NCBI GenBank assembly: GCA_964562525.1
Contig: CAZLTL010000011.1
Location: 9,780-73,779 of the forward strand
Origin: an uncultured bacterium
Lineage (GTDB): Bacteria > Omnitrophota > Omnitrophia > Omnitrophales > Aquincolibacteriaceae
Direction of reading: 5' to 3'
Length of the DNA stretch: 64,000 bases
The position numbers were made by a program, and so were the translations under genes. Under the pieces are notes generated by a model that worked only from the letters and a program-made list of their open reading frames with translations, was not told the origin of the DNA and made no database searches. This document shows, one piece after another, positions 18,625 to 29,198 of this stretch. The first letter of the stretch is position 1. Every line of letters begins with the position of its first letter.

Positions 18625-19800
18625 TTGGTCTTGAACTCCCAAGACGAACTTTTTTCAAATTCTACTGAGCCGGTTCAGCCGGACTTGGCTTCCATGCCCT
18701 TGGCTTCGCGCATGCGCCCCCGTAATCTTGACGAAGTTATCGGTCAAAATCATCTCATGGGACAGGGGCGTCCTTTGCGGCAGCTCATTGAGAAAGATGA
18801 GATCCGATCTTTGATTCTTTTTGGTCCCGCAGGCACGGGAAAGACCACGCTTGCGCGGCTGATCGCGGAAAGAACGCATTCACGTTTTGTGGAAGTTCAG
18901 GCCGCCCATACTTTGCTGGCAGAGTTAAAAAAAATCCGTGAGGATGCTTTACGTTTTCGCCGCGTGAAAAAACAAAAAACACTGCTTTTTGCTGATGAGT
19001 TTCACCGGTTTAATCAAGGCCTGCAGGATTTTTTTGTGCCGGATATTGAAAACGGAACACTAACCCTGATCGCCGCGACTTTGCATAATCCGCTTTTTGC
19101 CATTCATAAAGCGATTGTTTCCCGTTCGATGCTGTGTGAAACCAAATTGCTTAATCCGAAAGATTTGAGCGTGATTGTGCGCCGTGCTTTTGAGGATTCA
19201 GAGCGTGGGCTTGGCGGATTAGGGATGATTTTGGAGAATTCCGCGGTGGATGCGATTGTGAGCCGTGCCAATGGAGATGCCCGCAAAGCTTTGACTTTAC
19301 TGGAGTGGTCCGCACTTGCGTCCGGAGGTAGTTCGTCGAAGACGATTACAGCAGAGGCGATTGTCCGGCTGCAGTCCTCCGCGAATGCTTTTGCCTATGA
19401 CCGCCAAGGGGACGCGCACTATGACACCATTAGTGCGTTCATTAAGAGTATGCGCGCGGGTGATGCGGATGCTGCTTTGCATTGGTTGGCGGTTATGATT
19501 GAAGCCGGGGAAGACCCGCTTTTTATTTGGCGGCGTATGATTATTTTTGCTAGTGAAGATATTGGAAATGCGGATCCGCGCGCTTTACTTATGGCAACGA
19601 ATGGTTTGCGCGCATTCGAGTGTATCGGCCTGCCGGAAGGACGAATTACTTTGAGCCAAGTGGTTTTGTATCTTTCTCTGACAAAAAAAGACCGCACAGC
19701 TTATGAAAAAATCAATACGGCTTTTGCGGAGCTCAAGCAGGCCGGCCCACGCTCCATTCCTGATAAGCTTAAGAACCATCCTATCCACGGCGCTGAGTAA
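18625..19800 (+). CDS. rarA: replication-associated recombination protein A (AAA+ ATPase RarA/MgsA)
   Basis: Walker A GPAGTGKTTLARLIA; TTG start at 18625 or ATG at 18694. Confidence 0.8.
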   Translation: MVLNSQDELFSNSTEPVQPDLASMPLASRMRPRNLDEVIGQNHLMGQGRPLRQLIEKDEIRSLILFGPAGTGKTTLARLIAERTHSRFVEVQAAHTLLAELKKIREDALRFRRVKKQKTLLFADEFHRFNQGLQDFFVPDIENGTLTLIAATLHNPLFAIHKAIVSRSMLCETKLLNPKDLSVIVRRAFEDSERGLGGLGMILENSAVDAIVSRANGDARKALTLLEWSALASGGSSSKTITAEAIVRLQSSANAFAYDRQGDAHYDTISAFIKSMRAGDADAALHWLAVMIEAGEDPLFIWRRMIIFASEDIGNADPRALLMATNGLRAFECIGLPEGRITLSQVVLYLSLTKKDRTAYEKINTAFAELKQAGPRSIPDKLKNHPIHGAE

Positions 19801-19889
19801 AACTGCCATTAAAGCTTATTTGATTGTTTTTGATATAAATTACTATAATTTAGTCTATTAATATTCTAAAAATATTTATTAAGGTGCTG

Positions 19890-19918
19890 TTGACACTCTT
19901 TGCTTCATCAGCTAAGTT
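19890..19918 (+). promoter_or_regulatory. putative sigma70 promoter (TTGACA-N17-TAAGTT) in an AT-rich region upstream of the sORF/STAS-PilZ pair
   Basis: read by eye. Confidence 0.4.
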
Positions 19919-19957
19919 TCTCTTAGGTGATAAAAGTAACAGGTTAACGGAGGAGTT

Positions 19958-20118
19958 ATGAATCGATCGGCAATCATACTGAAGAATTCAAGGAAGTCAG
20001 ATCCGCGTATGCCCTTTGACTTTAATGCTCAGGACATGCTTACAGGTTACTTGACACCTCAAATGCACAAAAATTTGCGTCGACTGCCAACAGCAAGAAA
20101 AAAGAGGGCCCTCCCATG
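19958..20118 (+). CDS. 53-aa basic small ORF translationally coupled (ATGA overlap) to the STAS-PilZ gene
   Basis: GGAGG SD 6 nt upstream of ATG 19958; stop TGA overlaps ATG 20116; below the ORF-track size cutoff. Confidence 0.3.
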
Positions 20119-20850
20119 AGTAAACTTCATTTTCATACCCGAGAAATTGGTGCTGTCAGCATTTTCGATTTGCTTGGAGCGCCGCAGGCGGATTCCGCGC
20201 ATGAGGAAGTGCAGGATTTAGCTTGGCGTATGCAAAAGAACATCAGGCGTCATCGGCTTCAGCGCGTCATTTTAAATATGAAGGGCGTTGAGGCGCTGGA
20301 TGCGATTTGCATGCGTAAAATTTTAGCCGCTTGCATTCGCCCAAAGCAAAGCGTGATTTATGGCGCGGCGCATGACTTATTGCAAGTTATCGCGGAAAAT
20401 CATTTGCCGCACAATATCGGTGTTTGTTCCACTGAGCGGGAAGTCGCGGAACAGCTGGGAACTTTTCTTTTCGATAAAGACGTTTCCAAGCATGTCAGCA
20501 AAACAAATTCAGAGGTGCGCGAAGGGGTTGGAGCGGAGATTGAGCGCCGCCGCAGTCATCGTATGCATGTGGCGCTGCCGCTGGAAATTAAGGTTTTATC
20601 AGACTCAGAGCAGCCGTTGGTAACAACTTCGATTGCGACCAATATCAGTGAAGGTGGTTTGTTCGCAGAGTATCTTGATTTGGACGCAGCCGAAAAAATG
20701 GACTCTGTCGATTTGTCCGCAGGCAAGAAAGTTCATCTGCACATTTTTCCAAGCGCCTATTTTCCATCCGAATTTGATGTTTGGGGCGTTATTCGCCGTA
20801 AAGAACTTCGGGGAAAACAGCTGGGAATCGGTATCGAATTTACTGTCTAA
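20116..20850 (+). CDS. STAS domain - PilZ domain fusion protein (putative c-di-GMP receptor)
   Basis: N-terminal anti-sigma-antagonist-like STAS region; C-terminal PilZ motifs RRSHRM (RxxxR) and NISEGG (D/NxSxGG). Confidence 0.55.
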   Translation: MSKLHFHTREIGAVSIFDLLGAPQADSAHEEVQDLAWRMQKNIRRHRLQRVILNMKGVEALDAICMRKILAACIRPKQSVIYGAAHDLLQVIAENHLPHNIGVCSTEREVAEQLGTFLFDKDVSKHVSKTNSEVREGVGAEIERRRSHRMHVALPLEIKVLSDSEQPLVTTSIATNISEGGLFAEYLDLDAAEKMDSVDLSAGKKVHLHIFPSAYFPSEFDVWGVIRRKELRGKQLGIGIEFTV

Positions 20851-20883
20851 AAATTCTGTTTTAGTCAGGTCTTTTTTTGTGCG

Positions 20884-20911
20884 TTGACATTCCTGTCAGC
20901 CTCTATACAAT
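20884..20911 (+). promoter_or_regulatory. putative sigma70 promoter (TTGACA-N16-TACAAT)
   Basis: read by eye upstream of 20956 ORF. Confidence 0.45.
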
Positions 20912-20955
20912 CCTACCTCGTTTCATCCTTACTTTTATAGAGAAAGTGTGCATTC

Positions 20956-21327
20956 ATGGGCTTTGATAAAGACATTCGATTTCCCGAGAAAAAAGTTGAT
21001 TCCGGTTGGAAAGATCAGATCTCCCGCGATCGGACGGTTTTGAGCGAGCCTTCTGCCGCTAAAACGCCCGCCACGGGCAATGTAAAAACGAATCCTGAAT
21101 TTATGAATTTTCTTAAGTCGCTGGCAACTCAGGCCCTGATGAGCTTGGGTGAAATTCCGCACCCGATGACCGGACAAAGGGAGCTGGACCCGGCAAGCGC
21201 GAAAGAAATGATTGATTTGCTGGGCGTACTCAAGTTGAAGACGCAAGGCAACTGTTCGCCTGAGGAAAACGTGATATTTACATCCGTTCTGCCGGAACTT
21301 CAGCTCAAATTCAGCCAGCAAGCATGA
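20956..21327 (+). CDS. hypothetical protein (possibly DUF1844-like)
   Basis: 123 aa; PEFMNFLKSLATQALMSLG region recalls DUF1844 family; weak. Confidence 0.35.
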   Translation: MGFDKDIRFPEKKVDSGWKDQISRDRTVLSEPSAAKTPATGNVKTNPEFMNFLKSLATQALMSLGEIPHPMTGQRELDPASAKEMIDLLGVLKLKTQGNCSPEENVIFTSVLPELQLKFSQQA

Positions 21328-22301
21328 CCATGAAGTGGGGGACGGTTTTTCGCGCCCTGATCAGTATTACTGCGCTTGTTTTAATTCCCTGGATGCTCCG
21401 GGATAAACTACACGAAGCTTTTTTGATTTTACGCCACGAGGTGAATTACTTTTACTTTTTTTTGGCTGTCATTGCCTTTTTTTTCAGCCTTGCTTCGACT
21501 GCGGGACGGATGCATGGAATTTTAGACGCGAAGCATATTCAGTGGTCATTCGGCAGCACCCTTTATGTCACGTTCATGGGGCTTTTTTTTAGTTTGTTCC
21601 TGCCTTCCGCGATCGGCGGCGATATCGTTAAAGGGGTTTATCTTTCAAAGCACGCCAAATCCAAAGCGGATGTTTTTTCCTGCATTGTCATTGACCGCTT
21701 TTCAGGCTTTTGTGTTGTTTTGGGACTGGCATTGTTCTCCTCCGCGCTTTTGCAGGAGTCTTGGAATCCGATGCCGGCTTGGATGAGTTGGACTGCGATT
21801 GGACTGATGGTGATTGCCGGAATAGCTGTTTTTATAAAACCGGAAATCATTCCCTGGTTTTTTTCAAAGCTGCGCTTTTTACCTCACCGCTTTCAAGAAA
21901 AGGTGAATCAGTTTTATGATTCTTTAAGCGGCTTCTTTCACAATCGGCCGCTTCTGATTCAGAATCTGGCCTTTTCACTTTTGGCGCAAAGTCTTTTCAT
22001 CGTCGCTTATTTTTTTATCGGCAAAGCTTTGGATGCTCCGATTCCGTTTTCGCGTTTTTTTATGATGGTTCCGATGATTACGATTATCAGTATGGCGCCG
22101 TCGATTAACGGTCTTGGTGTTCGCGAAGCCGGCGCGCTTTTTCTTTTTAAAATGTATATGCCCGCCGAAAGAGCATTGGCCATGACGGTTTTGATCAGTG
22201 TGCTGGCCTATGCGTTCAGTTTTTTGGGCGGCTTTTGGTATCTTGTCCGCGGTGTTTGGGGTAAGGATGGTTTGCGCGATACGCTCAAGCAGGATTCTTG
22301 A
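21324..22301 (+). CDS. polytopic membrane protein, flippase-like / lysyl-PG synthase TM-region family (UPF0104)
   Basis: 325 aa, ~8 TM helices, family-level resemblance only. Confidence 0.45.
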   Translation: MTMKWGTVFRALISITALVLIPWMLRDKLHEAFLILRHEVNYFYFFLAVIAFFFSLASTAGRMHGILDAKHIQWSFGSTLYVTFMGLFFSLFLPSAIGGDIVKGVYLSKHAKSKADVFSCIVIDRFSGFCVVLGLALFSSALLQESWNPMPAWMSWTAIGLMVIAGIAVFIKPEIIPWFFSKLRFLPHRFQEKVNQFYDSLSGFFHNRPLLIQNLAFSLLAQSLFIVAYFFIGKALDAPIPFSRFFMMVPMITIISMAPSINGLGVREAGALFLFKMYMPAERALAMTVLISVLAYAFSFLGGFWYLVRGVWGKDGLRDTLKQDS

Positions 22302-22338
22302 TGACAGAGCTGAAAAAACGAATAGAATAATAACCTTC

Positions 22339-22788
22339 ATGGCGCATTCAATTCTTGTGATTCATGGTCCTAATCTGCAGCTCTTGGGTGAGCGCGAAGT
22401 TTCTGTCTACGGGCGCGTAACGCTCGATCAGATTAACGCGGAGTTAACCAAGCTGGCGGGGTCGCTTTCAGTCAAGCTGGACATTCACCAATGCAATCAT
22501 GAGGGCGATATTGTTGATTTGGTTGGCAACGCGCGTAAGGGATATCAGGGGATTTTAATCAATCCCGCGGCTTATACCCATACCAGCGTTGCGATTCGGG
22601 ATGCTTTGGCGGCTTGTGCGTTGCCCGCGGTGGAGGTTCATTTGAGTCATGTTATGAACCGGGAAGAGTTTCGTAAGGTTTCGCTCACGGCACCTGCTTG
22701 TGTGGGGCAAGTGATGGGTTTTGGTAAACACAGTTATTTGCTTGGGTTGCAGGGATTAATCTCTGTGCTTGAGTCTAAGGCAAAATGA
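22339..22788 (+). CDS. aroQ: 3-dehydroquinate dehydratase, type II
   Basis: starts [20 protein letters not shown] (type II DHQase N-terminus); internal ATG of ORF 22198..22788. Confidence 0.85.
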   Translation: MAHSILVIHGPNLQLLGEREVSVYGRVTLDQINAELTKLAGSLSVKLDIHQCNHEGDIVDLVGNARKGYQGILINPAAYTHTSVAIRDALAACALPAVEVHLSHVMNREEFRKVSLTAPACVGQVMGFGKHSYLLGLQGLISVLESKAK

Positions 22789-22794
22789 GGATTT

Positions 22795-23253
22795 ATGAAT
22801 ATCAAAGAAATTAAAGAATTACTCGATTTAATGCAAGAACATCAGATTGCGAGCCTCGAGTTCGAAAAAGGCGACGTGAAGCTCAAGCTGAATAAGAATG
22901 TGGGCTCGGTCGTGAGCATGGAAGCTACGCGCATGATGGCAATGCCTCAACAGGCGGCTGCTCTTCCGGCAGCTGCTCCAGCCGCGCCGGCTGCTCCGGT
23001 GAATGACCCGAATGTGGTTGCGGTGAAGTCGCCAATGGTGGGAACTTATTATTCTTCGCCCGCTCCTGATCAGCCCCAATATGTCAAAGTGGGGCAGACG
23101 GTTAAGGCCGGCGATGTTTTATGCATTGTTGAGGCGATGAAGCTGATGAATGAGATTAAAGCCGAAATTTCCGGCGTTGTTACTGAAATTTTGATCGAGA
23201 ATGGACAGCCGATTGAATATGATCAGCCTATCCTGAAAATTAAAAAAGGATAA
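22795..23253 (+). CDS. accB: acetyl-CoA carboxylase biotin carboxyl carrier protein
   Basis: EAMKLMNEI biotinyl-lysine motif; Ala/Pro-rich linker. Confidence 0.85.
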   Translation: MNIKEIKELLDLMQEHQIASLEFEKGDVKLKLNKNVGSVVSMEATRMMAMPQQAAALPAAAPAAPAAPVNDPNVVAVKSPMVGTYYSSPAPDQPQYVKVGQTVKAGDVLCIVEAMKLMNEIKAEISGVVTEILIENGQPIEYDQPILKIKKG

Positions 23254-23273
23254 GCCCCCGGGCTGATTAAATT

Positions 23274-24629
23274 ATGTTTTCTAAGATCTTAATTGCAAAC
23301 CGCGGTGAAATTGCTGTTCGTGTGATTCGTGCCTGCCGTGAAATGGGAATCAAGTCTGTCGCTGTTTTTTCTAAAGCTGACCGCGATTCGATGCATGTCA
23401 AATTGGCGGACGAAGCTATTTGTATCGGTGAGGCTCCGTCATCTGAAAGTTATCTGAATATTCCCGCCATTATTTCTGCCGCTGAAATCGCGGACGTGGA
23501 AGCGATTCATCCCGGCTACGGGTTTTTGTCCGAGAATGCGCACTTTGCTGAAATTTGCGAGTCTTGCCAAATTAAATTTATTGGTCCTAAGCCTGAAAGT
23601 ATCCGATTGGCGGGAGATAAATCTGTCGCGCGTGAAGAAATGCGAAAAGCTAAAGTTCCGATTATTCCCGGCAGCAAGGGGACGATCACCAGCCAGGAAG
23701 AAGCTTTAACGTTAGCAAAAAAATTCGGTTATCCGGTGGTGATTAAAGCCAGTGCCGGCGGCGGTGGTAAGGGAATTAAAGTTGCCCATAATGACGGAAA
23801 ATTAATCAGTGCTTTTTTGAACGCGCAAGCCGAAGCGGAGGCCGCATTTGCGAACCGTGATGTTTATATTGAAAAATATATTCGTGAGCCCCGGCACATT
23901 GAAGTTCAGATTCTTGCCGACAGCTTTGGCAATGTGTTGCATCTTGGGGAGCGTGATTGCTCAGTTCAGCGTAACCACCAAAAGTTAATTGAAGAGTCGC
24001 CCGCGCCGGGAATGTCTACGTCCATGCGCAAGAAAATGGGTGAAGCCGCGATTCGCGCTGCCAAGGCATTCAGGTATGAAAATGCAGGAACGATTGAGTT
24101 TTTGCTCGATGCTGACGGTGAGTTTTATTTCATGGAAATGAATACTCGTTTGCAGGTGGAGCATCCGGTGACGGAGTATGTCACAGGGCTTGATTTGGTC
24201 AAAGAACAGATCAAAATCGCCGCTGGGCAGAAATTGACCATGACCCAAGAAGACATCACTTTTACAGGCCATGCGATTGAATGTCGTATTAACGCCGAAG
24301 ATCCCGACAGAAATTTTATGCCGTCGCCGGGACGCATTGATGTTTGGCAAGTTCCGGGTGGTCCGCATGTGCGTTTTGACAGTCATATCTACGCCGGCTA
24401 TTCCATTCCTCCGTATTATGATTCGATGATCGCGAAGCTGATTGTGCACGGCAAAGACCGCAATGAGGCGATGGATATTTTGCTGCGGGCACTACGCGAG
24501 CTGAAAGTTGAACCCACGAAAACGACGGCGCCTTTGATTGAGAAAGTATTGCGCAATACCATGTTCCGAAAAGGGAGTGTGAATACTCAGTTTTTGGAGA
24601 ATGTTTTTGGCGCTAAAAAAGCTCATTGA
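23274..24629 (+). CDS. accC: acetyl-CoA carboxylase biotin carboxylase subunit
   Basis: 451 aa; ATP-grasp biotin carboxylase motifs. Confidence 0.9.
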   Translation: MFSKILIANRGEIAVRVIRACREMGIKSVAVFSKADRDSMHVKLADEAICIGEAPSSESYLNIPAIISAAEIADVEAIHPGYGFLSENAHFAEICESCQIKFIGPKPESIRLAGDKSVAREEMRKAKVPIIPGSKGTITSQEEALTLAKKFGYPVVIKASAGGGGKGIKVAHNDGKLISAFLNAQAEAEAAFANRDVYIEKYIREPRHIEVQILADSFGNVLHLGERDCSVQRNHQKLIEESPAPGMSTSMRKKMGEAAIRAAKAFRYENAGTIEFLLDADGEFYFMEMNTRLQVEHPVTEYVTGLDLVKEQIKIAAGQKLTMTQEDITFTGHAIECRINAEDPDRNFMPSPGRIDVWQVPGGPHVRFDSHIYAGYSIPPYYDSMIAKLIVHGKDRNEAMDILLRALRELKVEPTKTTAPLIEKVLRNTMFRKGSVNTQFLENVFGAKKAH

Positions 24630-25204
24630 GATTTGTGAAGTTTTTTAAGATTCTCAATCAGCTTTTTTCAGTTCTTTGTTATCTGACATTGGGAAGTTTC
24701 TTTTTGATTATTGCGTTTCACTGGTGGCCGCTTGAAGACGCGATTGAAACTTTGTACCGTGTTTATCACAATTATCCATTTTCGGTGATTGTGGGGTTGA
24801 CCGGGTGTGGTTTTATTCTTTTGGGTCTGCTGATTTTACGCATTGTCGTTAAAACCAGTCCACAGAATGAAGCGCTGATTTGCCGGACGGACGCGGGGTT
24901 GGTTTCCGTTTCTGGGCGAGCGATTGAAGATGTTGCGCGCAAGGTGCTAAAAAAATCGCCTTTTGTCAAAGAGCATAAAATAAAACTCGGGATTCGGAGT
25001 CAGAGCATTATGCTCAGTATTAGGTTGGTTCTTTGGGCGAATGATTCGCTGTCGGGCGCGGTCCAAGAGCTGCAGGAAGAAATTCGGACTCGATTGCAGA
25101 AGCTTGTTGGGCAGGATAATCAGCTTGAAATTGATTGCGGAATTGACCGTATTCAGCAGCCGGAAGACGTTGTTGAATCAACTAAAACAGTTTTTTCGAA
25201 ATAA
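24626..25204 (+). CDS. membrane-anchored Asp23/Gls24-like envelope stress protein (hypothetical)
   Basis: N-terminal TM pair; accB-accC-Asp23 linkage as in Bacillus accBC-yqhY; family resemblance weak. Confidence 0.35.
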   Translation: MRFVKFFKILNQLFSVLCYLTLGSFFLIIAFHWWPLEDAIETLYRVYHNYPFSVIVGLTGCGFILLGLLILRIVVKTSPQNEALICRTDAGLVSVSGRAIEDVARKVLKKSPFVKEHKIKLGIRSQSIMLSIRLVLWANDSLSGAVQELQEEIRTRLQKLVGQDNQLEIDCGIDRIQQPEDVVESTKTVFSK

Positions 25205-25227
25205 ATATATTCACAAGGAGAAAGACT

Positions 25228-26250
25228 ATGAAGATTGGTGTTTTGACAGGCGGCGGAGATTGTCCGGGGCTTAACCCTGTAATTCGCGCGGTAGTGCGTA
25301 AAGCTATTACAAAAGGCTGGGGTGTTGTTGGATTCCGTTATGGTTGGAAAGGGATTATTGAAAACATTGCTGAGCCGCTTGATTTGACCAGCGTGTCGGG
25401 TATTTTGCATCGCGGCGGAACTATTTTGGGAACTTCCCGCACGAATCCGTACAAGAAGCCCGGGGATGTAGAAAAAGTTCGCGCGACCATGAAAGCCAAC
25501 GGCCTTGATGCGTTGGTTGCTATCGGCGGTGAAGATACTTTGGGTGCTGCCAACAAGTTGGCGAAAGATGGTGTTAACGTTGTAGGTGTTCCAAAGACAA
25601 TTGATAACGACTTGAATGCGACGGATTTTACTTTCGGGTACGATACAGCTCTGAACATTGCAATGGAATGTTTGGACCGTCTTCATACGACTGCCGAATC
25701 GCATAACCGCGTCATTGTTGCTGAGATTATGGGCCGGCATGCGGGTTGGATCGCGCTGGAGTCCGGTATTGCCGGCGGAGCCGATTTGATTTTGATTCCC
25801 GAGGTTCCTCTGACTATTGATGAGATTTGCGACACGATTAAGCGCCGTCACGCACGTGGAAAATCATTCAGTATCGTGGCCGTCTCTGAAGGTTTTCATT
25901 TAAAAAATGAAGAATTAGTCGCAGATCAGGAACTGGATCAATTTGGCCATGTGAAATTAGGCGGAATCGGTCAAAGAATTGCCGACATGATTGAAAAGAA
26001 AACCGGTTTTGAGACACGCGTGACGGTTTTAGGGCATATTCAGCGCGGCGGATCGCCGACTGCCTTTGATCGTGTTCTTGGAACACGTTTTGGTTTGGCC
26101 GCGGTGGATTTAATCGAAGAAAAGAAGTTTGGATATATGGTGAGCCTTCGCGGACGTGACATTGTCTCCGTACCTTTAGAGGCGGCGGTTGGCAAGCTTA
26201 AAACCGTTCCGCTTGATTGGTACGAAACTGCGCGTACTTTTTTTGGATAA
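25228..26250 (+). CDS. pfkA: 6-phosphofructokinase (ATP- or PPi-dependent not resolved)
   Basis: GGDCPGLN and PKTIDND motifs. Confidence 0.8.
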   Translation: MKIGVLTGGGDCPGLNPVIRAVVRKAITKGWGVVGFRYGWKGIIENIAEPLDLTSVSGILHRGGTILGTSRTNPYKKPGDVEKVRATMKANGLDALVAIGGEDTLGAANKLAKDGVNVVGVPKTIDNDLNATDFTFGYDTALNIAMECLDRLHTTAESHNRVIVAEIMGRHAGWIALESGIAGGADLILIPEVPLTIDEICDTIKRRHARGKSFSIVAVSEGFHLKNEELVADQELDQFGHVKLGGIGQRIADMIEKKTGFETRVTVLGHIQRGGSPTAFDRVLGTRFGLAAVDLIEEKKFGYMVSLRGRDIVSVPLEAAVGKLKTVPLDWYETARTFFG

Positions 26251-26253
26251 TCC

Positions 26254-26826
26254 ATGCGTGAAATTTTCGAAACTCTGCTGCGTGGGCATCAGAAAGCATT
26301 TGAGAAATCCTTTCAAGGCAAAGACCTTGAATTGCTCGAGCAGATTTCTCGAATGCTTCTGTCTGCGCTGAAGTCCGGCCGAAAAATTATGCTTTGCGGC
26401 AACGGAGGTTCCGCGGCCGACGCGCAGCATGTTGCTGCTGAATTTGTCGGCCGTTTTGAGAAAGAACGCCGTAGTCTGCCCGCGTTGGCTTTGACCACGG
26501 ATACTTCCGCTTTGACTGCTATCGGAAATGATTACTCATACGATGTTATTTTCTCACGTCAAGTCGAAGGGTTGGGAAATGAAGGGGATGTCCTGATTGC
26601 GATTTCCACCAGCGGTAACTCACCAAATATTTTAGAGGCGGTGAAAGCCGCGAGCGCGAAAAAAATTCACACGATCGCACTTACCGGAAAAGACGGCGGT
26701 AAGATAAAAGACCTCGCGGATATTTGCTTGATCGTAAAATCCGAAAAAACGTCCCACATTCAGGAAATGCATATTTTTGCTTTGCATGCTGTTTCCGAAG
26801 CTGTGGAAAAAGTTTTCTTCGATTAA
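26254..26826 (+). CDS. gmhA: D-sedoheptulose 7-phosphate isomerase (SIS domain)
   Basis: MLCGNGGSAADAQH SIS motif; 190 aa. Confidence 0.75.
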   Translation: MREIFETLLRGHQKAFEKSFQGKDLELLEQISRMLLSALKSGRKIMLCGNGGSAADAQHVAAEFVGRFEKERRSLPALALTTDTSALTAIGNDYSYDVIFSRQVEGLGNEGDVLIAISTSGNSPNILEAVKAASAKKIHTIALTGKDGGKIKDLADICLIVKSEKTSHIQEMHIFALHAVSEAVEKVFFD

Positions 26827-26837
26827 TCAACAAACCT

Positions 26838-27332
26838 ATGGCTACGATTCTTTCCAAGATTTTGTCCCAAAATCAGCTTTCCGCTCTCCGTTCGCGTGCG
26901 TCACGCATTCGCCGAAAAATTGTTTTCACAAATGGTACTTTTGATATTTTGCACCGCGGGCATGTCTCGTATCTCGAGAAGGCGCGTGCGGCAGGTGATT
27001 TTCTGGTTGTCGGCGTTAACTCCGACAGCTCGGTCCGGTCTTATAAAGGCCCGGGACGCCCGGTAAACCCCGAAGCTGACCGACTTTTTGTACTTGCCGC
27101 TCTGCAATGCGTGGATTACGTGGTTCTTTTTTCGGATCCGACTCCGCTTAAATTAATTATGAAATTAAAGCCGGATGTTTTGGCCAAGGGCGCGGATTGG
27201 AAGTTAAAAGATATTGTGGGTGCTCCCGAAGTGATGGGGTGGGGCGGTTCAGTTAAACGAATTCAATTTGTTAAAGGGCGCTCTTCAACACGGGTCATTA
27301 ATAAACTGGCAGATTTAGCTGCGCGATTATGA
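26838..27332 (+). CDS. D-beta-D-heptose 1-phosphate adenylyltransferase (stand-alone RfaE/HldE domain II, cytidylyltransferase-like)
   Basis: FTNGTFDILHRGH nucleotidyltransferase HxGH motif; internal ATG of ORF 26724..27332. Confidence 0.7.
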   Translation: MATILSKILSQNQLSALRSRASRIRRKIVFTNGTFDILHRGHVSYLEKARAAGDFLVVGVNSDSSVRSYKGPGRPVNPEADRLFVLAALQCVDYVVLFSDPTPLKLIMKLKPDVLAKGADWKLKDIVGAPEVMGWGGSVKRIQFVKGRSSTRVINKLADLAARL

Positions 27333-28057
27333 TGACTGGCTCGGGGCTGTTACGCGCGCCTCTGCGCCGGCACAACCGGCAAGAAAGCCCAAACGTAAAT
27401 CGTTGGCAGGATAAAGTTTTTAAAAATTTCCGGGTCTATGCCGTGACTGATCTGAAACCCGATAGCGGAGCGCGCATTTTAACTCAAATCGAAGCTGCGT
27501 ATCGAGGCGGTGCTGACATTGTCCAGTTGCGTGCGAAGAGTTTGTCTTTTGCCGAGAAAATAAAGTTAGGACAAGCGATATCGAAGATGGCGAATCGCCT
27601 TAAAAAACTTTATTTTGTGAATGACTCTTTTTCTTTAGCAGTTTTGACCGATGCGCATGGGTTGCACGTGGGGCAAGATGATTTGCCGCCCAAAGAAGTT
27701 CGGCGCTTGTGTATGAAAATGAAACAGCGACTTTTGTTGGGTTTGTCGACTCATAGTGATAAGCAGGCAAAGCTCGCGCAGAGTGAGCCGATTGATTATT
27801 TTGCTGTGGGACCGGTTTTTGCGACGCCTACTAAGCCGGATTATCAGTCTGTAGGATTAGGTTTGGTCCGCCGGGTGAGCCGATTTGCAAAAAAGCCTTG
27901 GCTGGCTATCGGCGGGATTGATTTAAGTAATTTAAATTTAGTTTTAGAGCACGGCGCTTCACGGGTGGCAGTCGTTCGTGCCGTTTTTTCAGCTAAAAAC
28001 CCGGAATTAGCGTGCCGTGAATTGACACATAAATTAAAAGGACAAACCTATGTCTAA
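27329..28057 (+). CDS. thiE: thiamine-phosphate synthase
   Basis: VYAVTD ... IVQLRAK ... DYFAVGPVFATPTK motifs. Confidence 0.7.
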   Translation: MMTGSGLLRAPLRRHNRQESPNVNRWQDKVFKNFRVYAVTDLKPDSGARILTQIEAAYRGGADIVQLRAKSLSFAEKIKLGQAISKMANRLKKLYFVNDSFSLAVLTDAHGLHVGQDDLPPKEVRRLCMKMKQRLLLGLSTHSDKQAKLAQSEPIDYFAVGPVFATPTKPDYQSVGLGLVRRVSRFAKKPWLAIGGIDLSNLNLVLEHGASRVAVVRAVFSAKNPELACRELTHKLKGQTYV

Positions 28058-28967
28058 AAAAACACCTCCGTTGGTTGTAATTGGAACTGTCGCGATCGAT
28101 ACGATTTCAACGCCTTTTGGCTCAAATCGCGAAGTGTTTGGCGGTTCCGGGGCCTACTTTTCTTATGCAGCCAGCTTTTACACTGAAGTGGGATTGGTGG
28201 CTGTGGTTGGCGAGGATTTTCCTCAAGCGTATCGCGGTGTTTTGCAGGAGCGGCCGATTGAGCTTTCGCATATGAAGACTCTTGCCGGATCGACTTTTCG
28301 TTGGACAGGCAAGTACGAAGGCGATATGAATTCCGCGACCACGCTTCAAACCGATTTGAATGTCTTGCTTGATTTTAAACCCGAGCTGAATTATCCGGAC
28401 GCGGTTCCGTTTTTGTTTCTTGCGAATATTGACCCTGACCTTCAGTTAGATATTTTAGATCAAGCGCAAAAATCACAACCCAAATGGATTGCTTGCGACA
28501 CGATGAACTTTTGGATTCAAAGTAAGTTGCCATCGCTGAAGCGGGTCTTGGCGCGTGTGAATGCGGTGGTTTTAAATGACGGTGAAGCGCGCGCCATTTC
28601 AGGCGAGTCCAATTTGCTGCGGGCTGCGCAAAAAATTAATGCGATGGGACCGGATTATGTCATCATTAAAAAAGGTGAACATGGCGGAATTCTGTATCAC
28701 GATAAAAGAATTTTTGTCATTCCCGCTTATCCGCTTGAAGAGGTTTTTGACCCGACCGGTGCAGGCGATACTTTTGCCGGAGCTATGATGGGGTATTTAG
28801 CTTCCACAGGAGAAGCCTCCTTTGAAAACGTTTGCCGTGCCATGGCCTATGGTACGGTCACAGCATCCTTTACCGTAGAAAAGTTTGGTCTTGAGAGGCT
28901 TCGAACGCTTCAGCGCAAAGAAATTGATGAGCGGCTTGAAGTTCTAAAAAAAATCTCTACAATCTAA
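28050..28967 (+). CDS. PfkB-family carbohydrate kinase (candidate heptose-7-phosphate kinase HldA / RfaE domain I)
   Basis: DPTGAGDTFAGAM ribokinase-family motif; neighbours gmhA and hldE domain II. Confidence 0.6.
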   Translation: MSKKTPPLVVIGTVAIDTISTPFGSNREVFGGSGAYFSYAASFYTEVGLVAVVGEDFPQAYRGVLQERPIELSHMKTLAGSTFRWTGKYEGDMNSATTLQTDLNVLLDFKPELNYPDAVPFLFLANIDPDLQLDILDQAQKSQPKWIACDTMNFWIQSKLPSLKRVLARVNAVVLNDGEARAISGESNLLRAAQKINAMGPDYVIIKKGEHGGILYHDKRIFVIPAYPLEEVFDPTGAGDTFAGAMMGYLASTGEASFENVCRAMAYGTVTASFTVEKFGLERLRTLQRKEIDERLEVLKKISTI

Positions 28968-28981
28968 GAAGACTCTTACGT

Positions 28982-29055
28982 GCGGGATTCGTATAATGGT
29001 AATACATAAGCTTCCCAAGCTTGTAACACGGGTTCGATTCCCGTATCCCGCTCCA
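28982..29055 (+). tRNA. tRNA-Gly (anticodon CCC), CCA encoded
   Basis: hand-folded: acceptor GCGGGAT/ATCCCGC, anticodon loop TTCCCAA, T-arm ACGGG-TTCGATT-CCCGT, discriminator U, CCA. Confidence 0.8.
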
Positions 29056-29198
29056 TCTGTTTTTCCCAAGTTTTAATCCCACCAAAGAGTTACGACAAAT
29101 CAATCTTAAGTCCTTTAAATATCATTAATTGCAATCGAAGGTAATACAAGTCACCCCAAGTTAACAAAAGTTCTCGAAGTGCGTTTTTTAAGAATTTA

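Noticed and set aside
22198-22338. 47-codon N-terminal extension of aroQ
   Set aside because: The type II dehydroquinase N-terminus ([12 protein letters not shown]) begins at 22339. The extension overlaps the upstream membrane-protein gene.
26724-26837. ORF start 26724 for the heptose adenylyltransferase
   Set aside because: It overlaps the gmhA 3' end. ATG 26838 begins just after the gmhA stop and just ahead of the conserved FTNGTFD motif.
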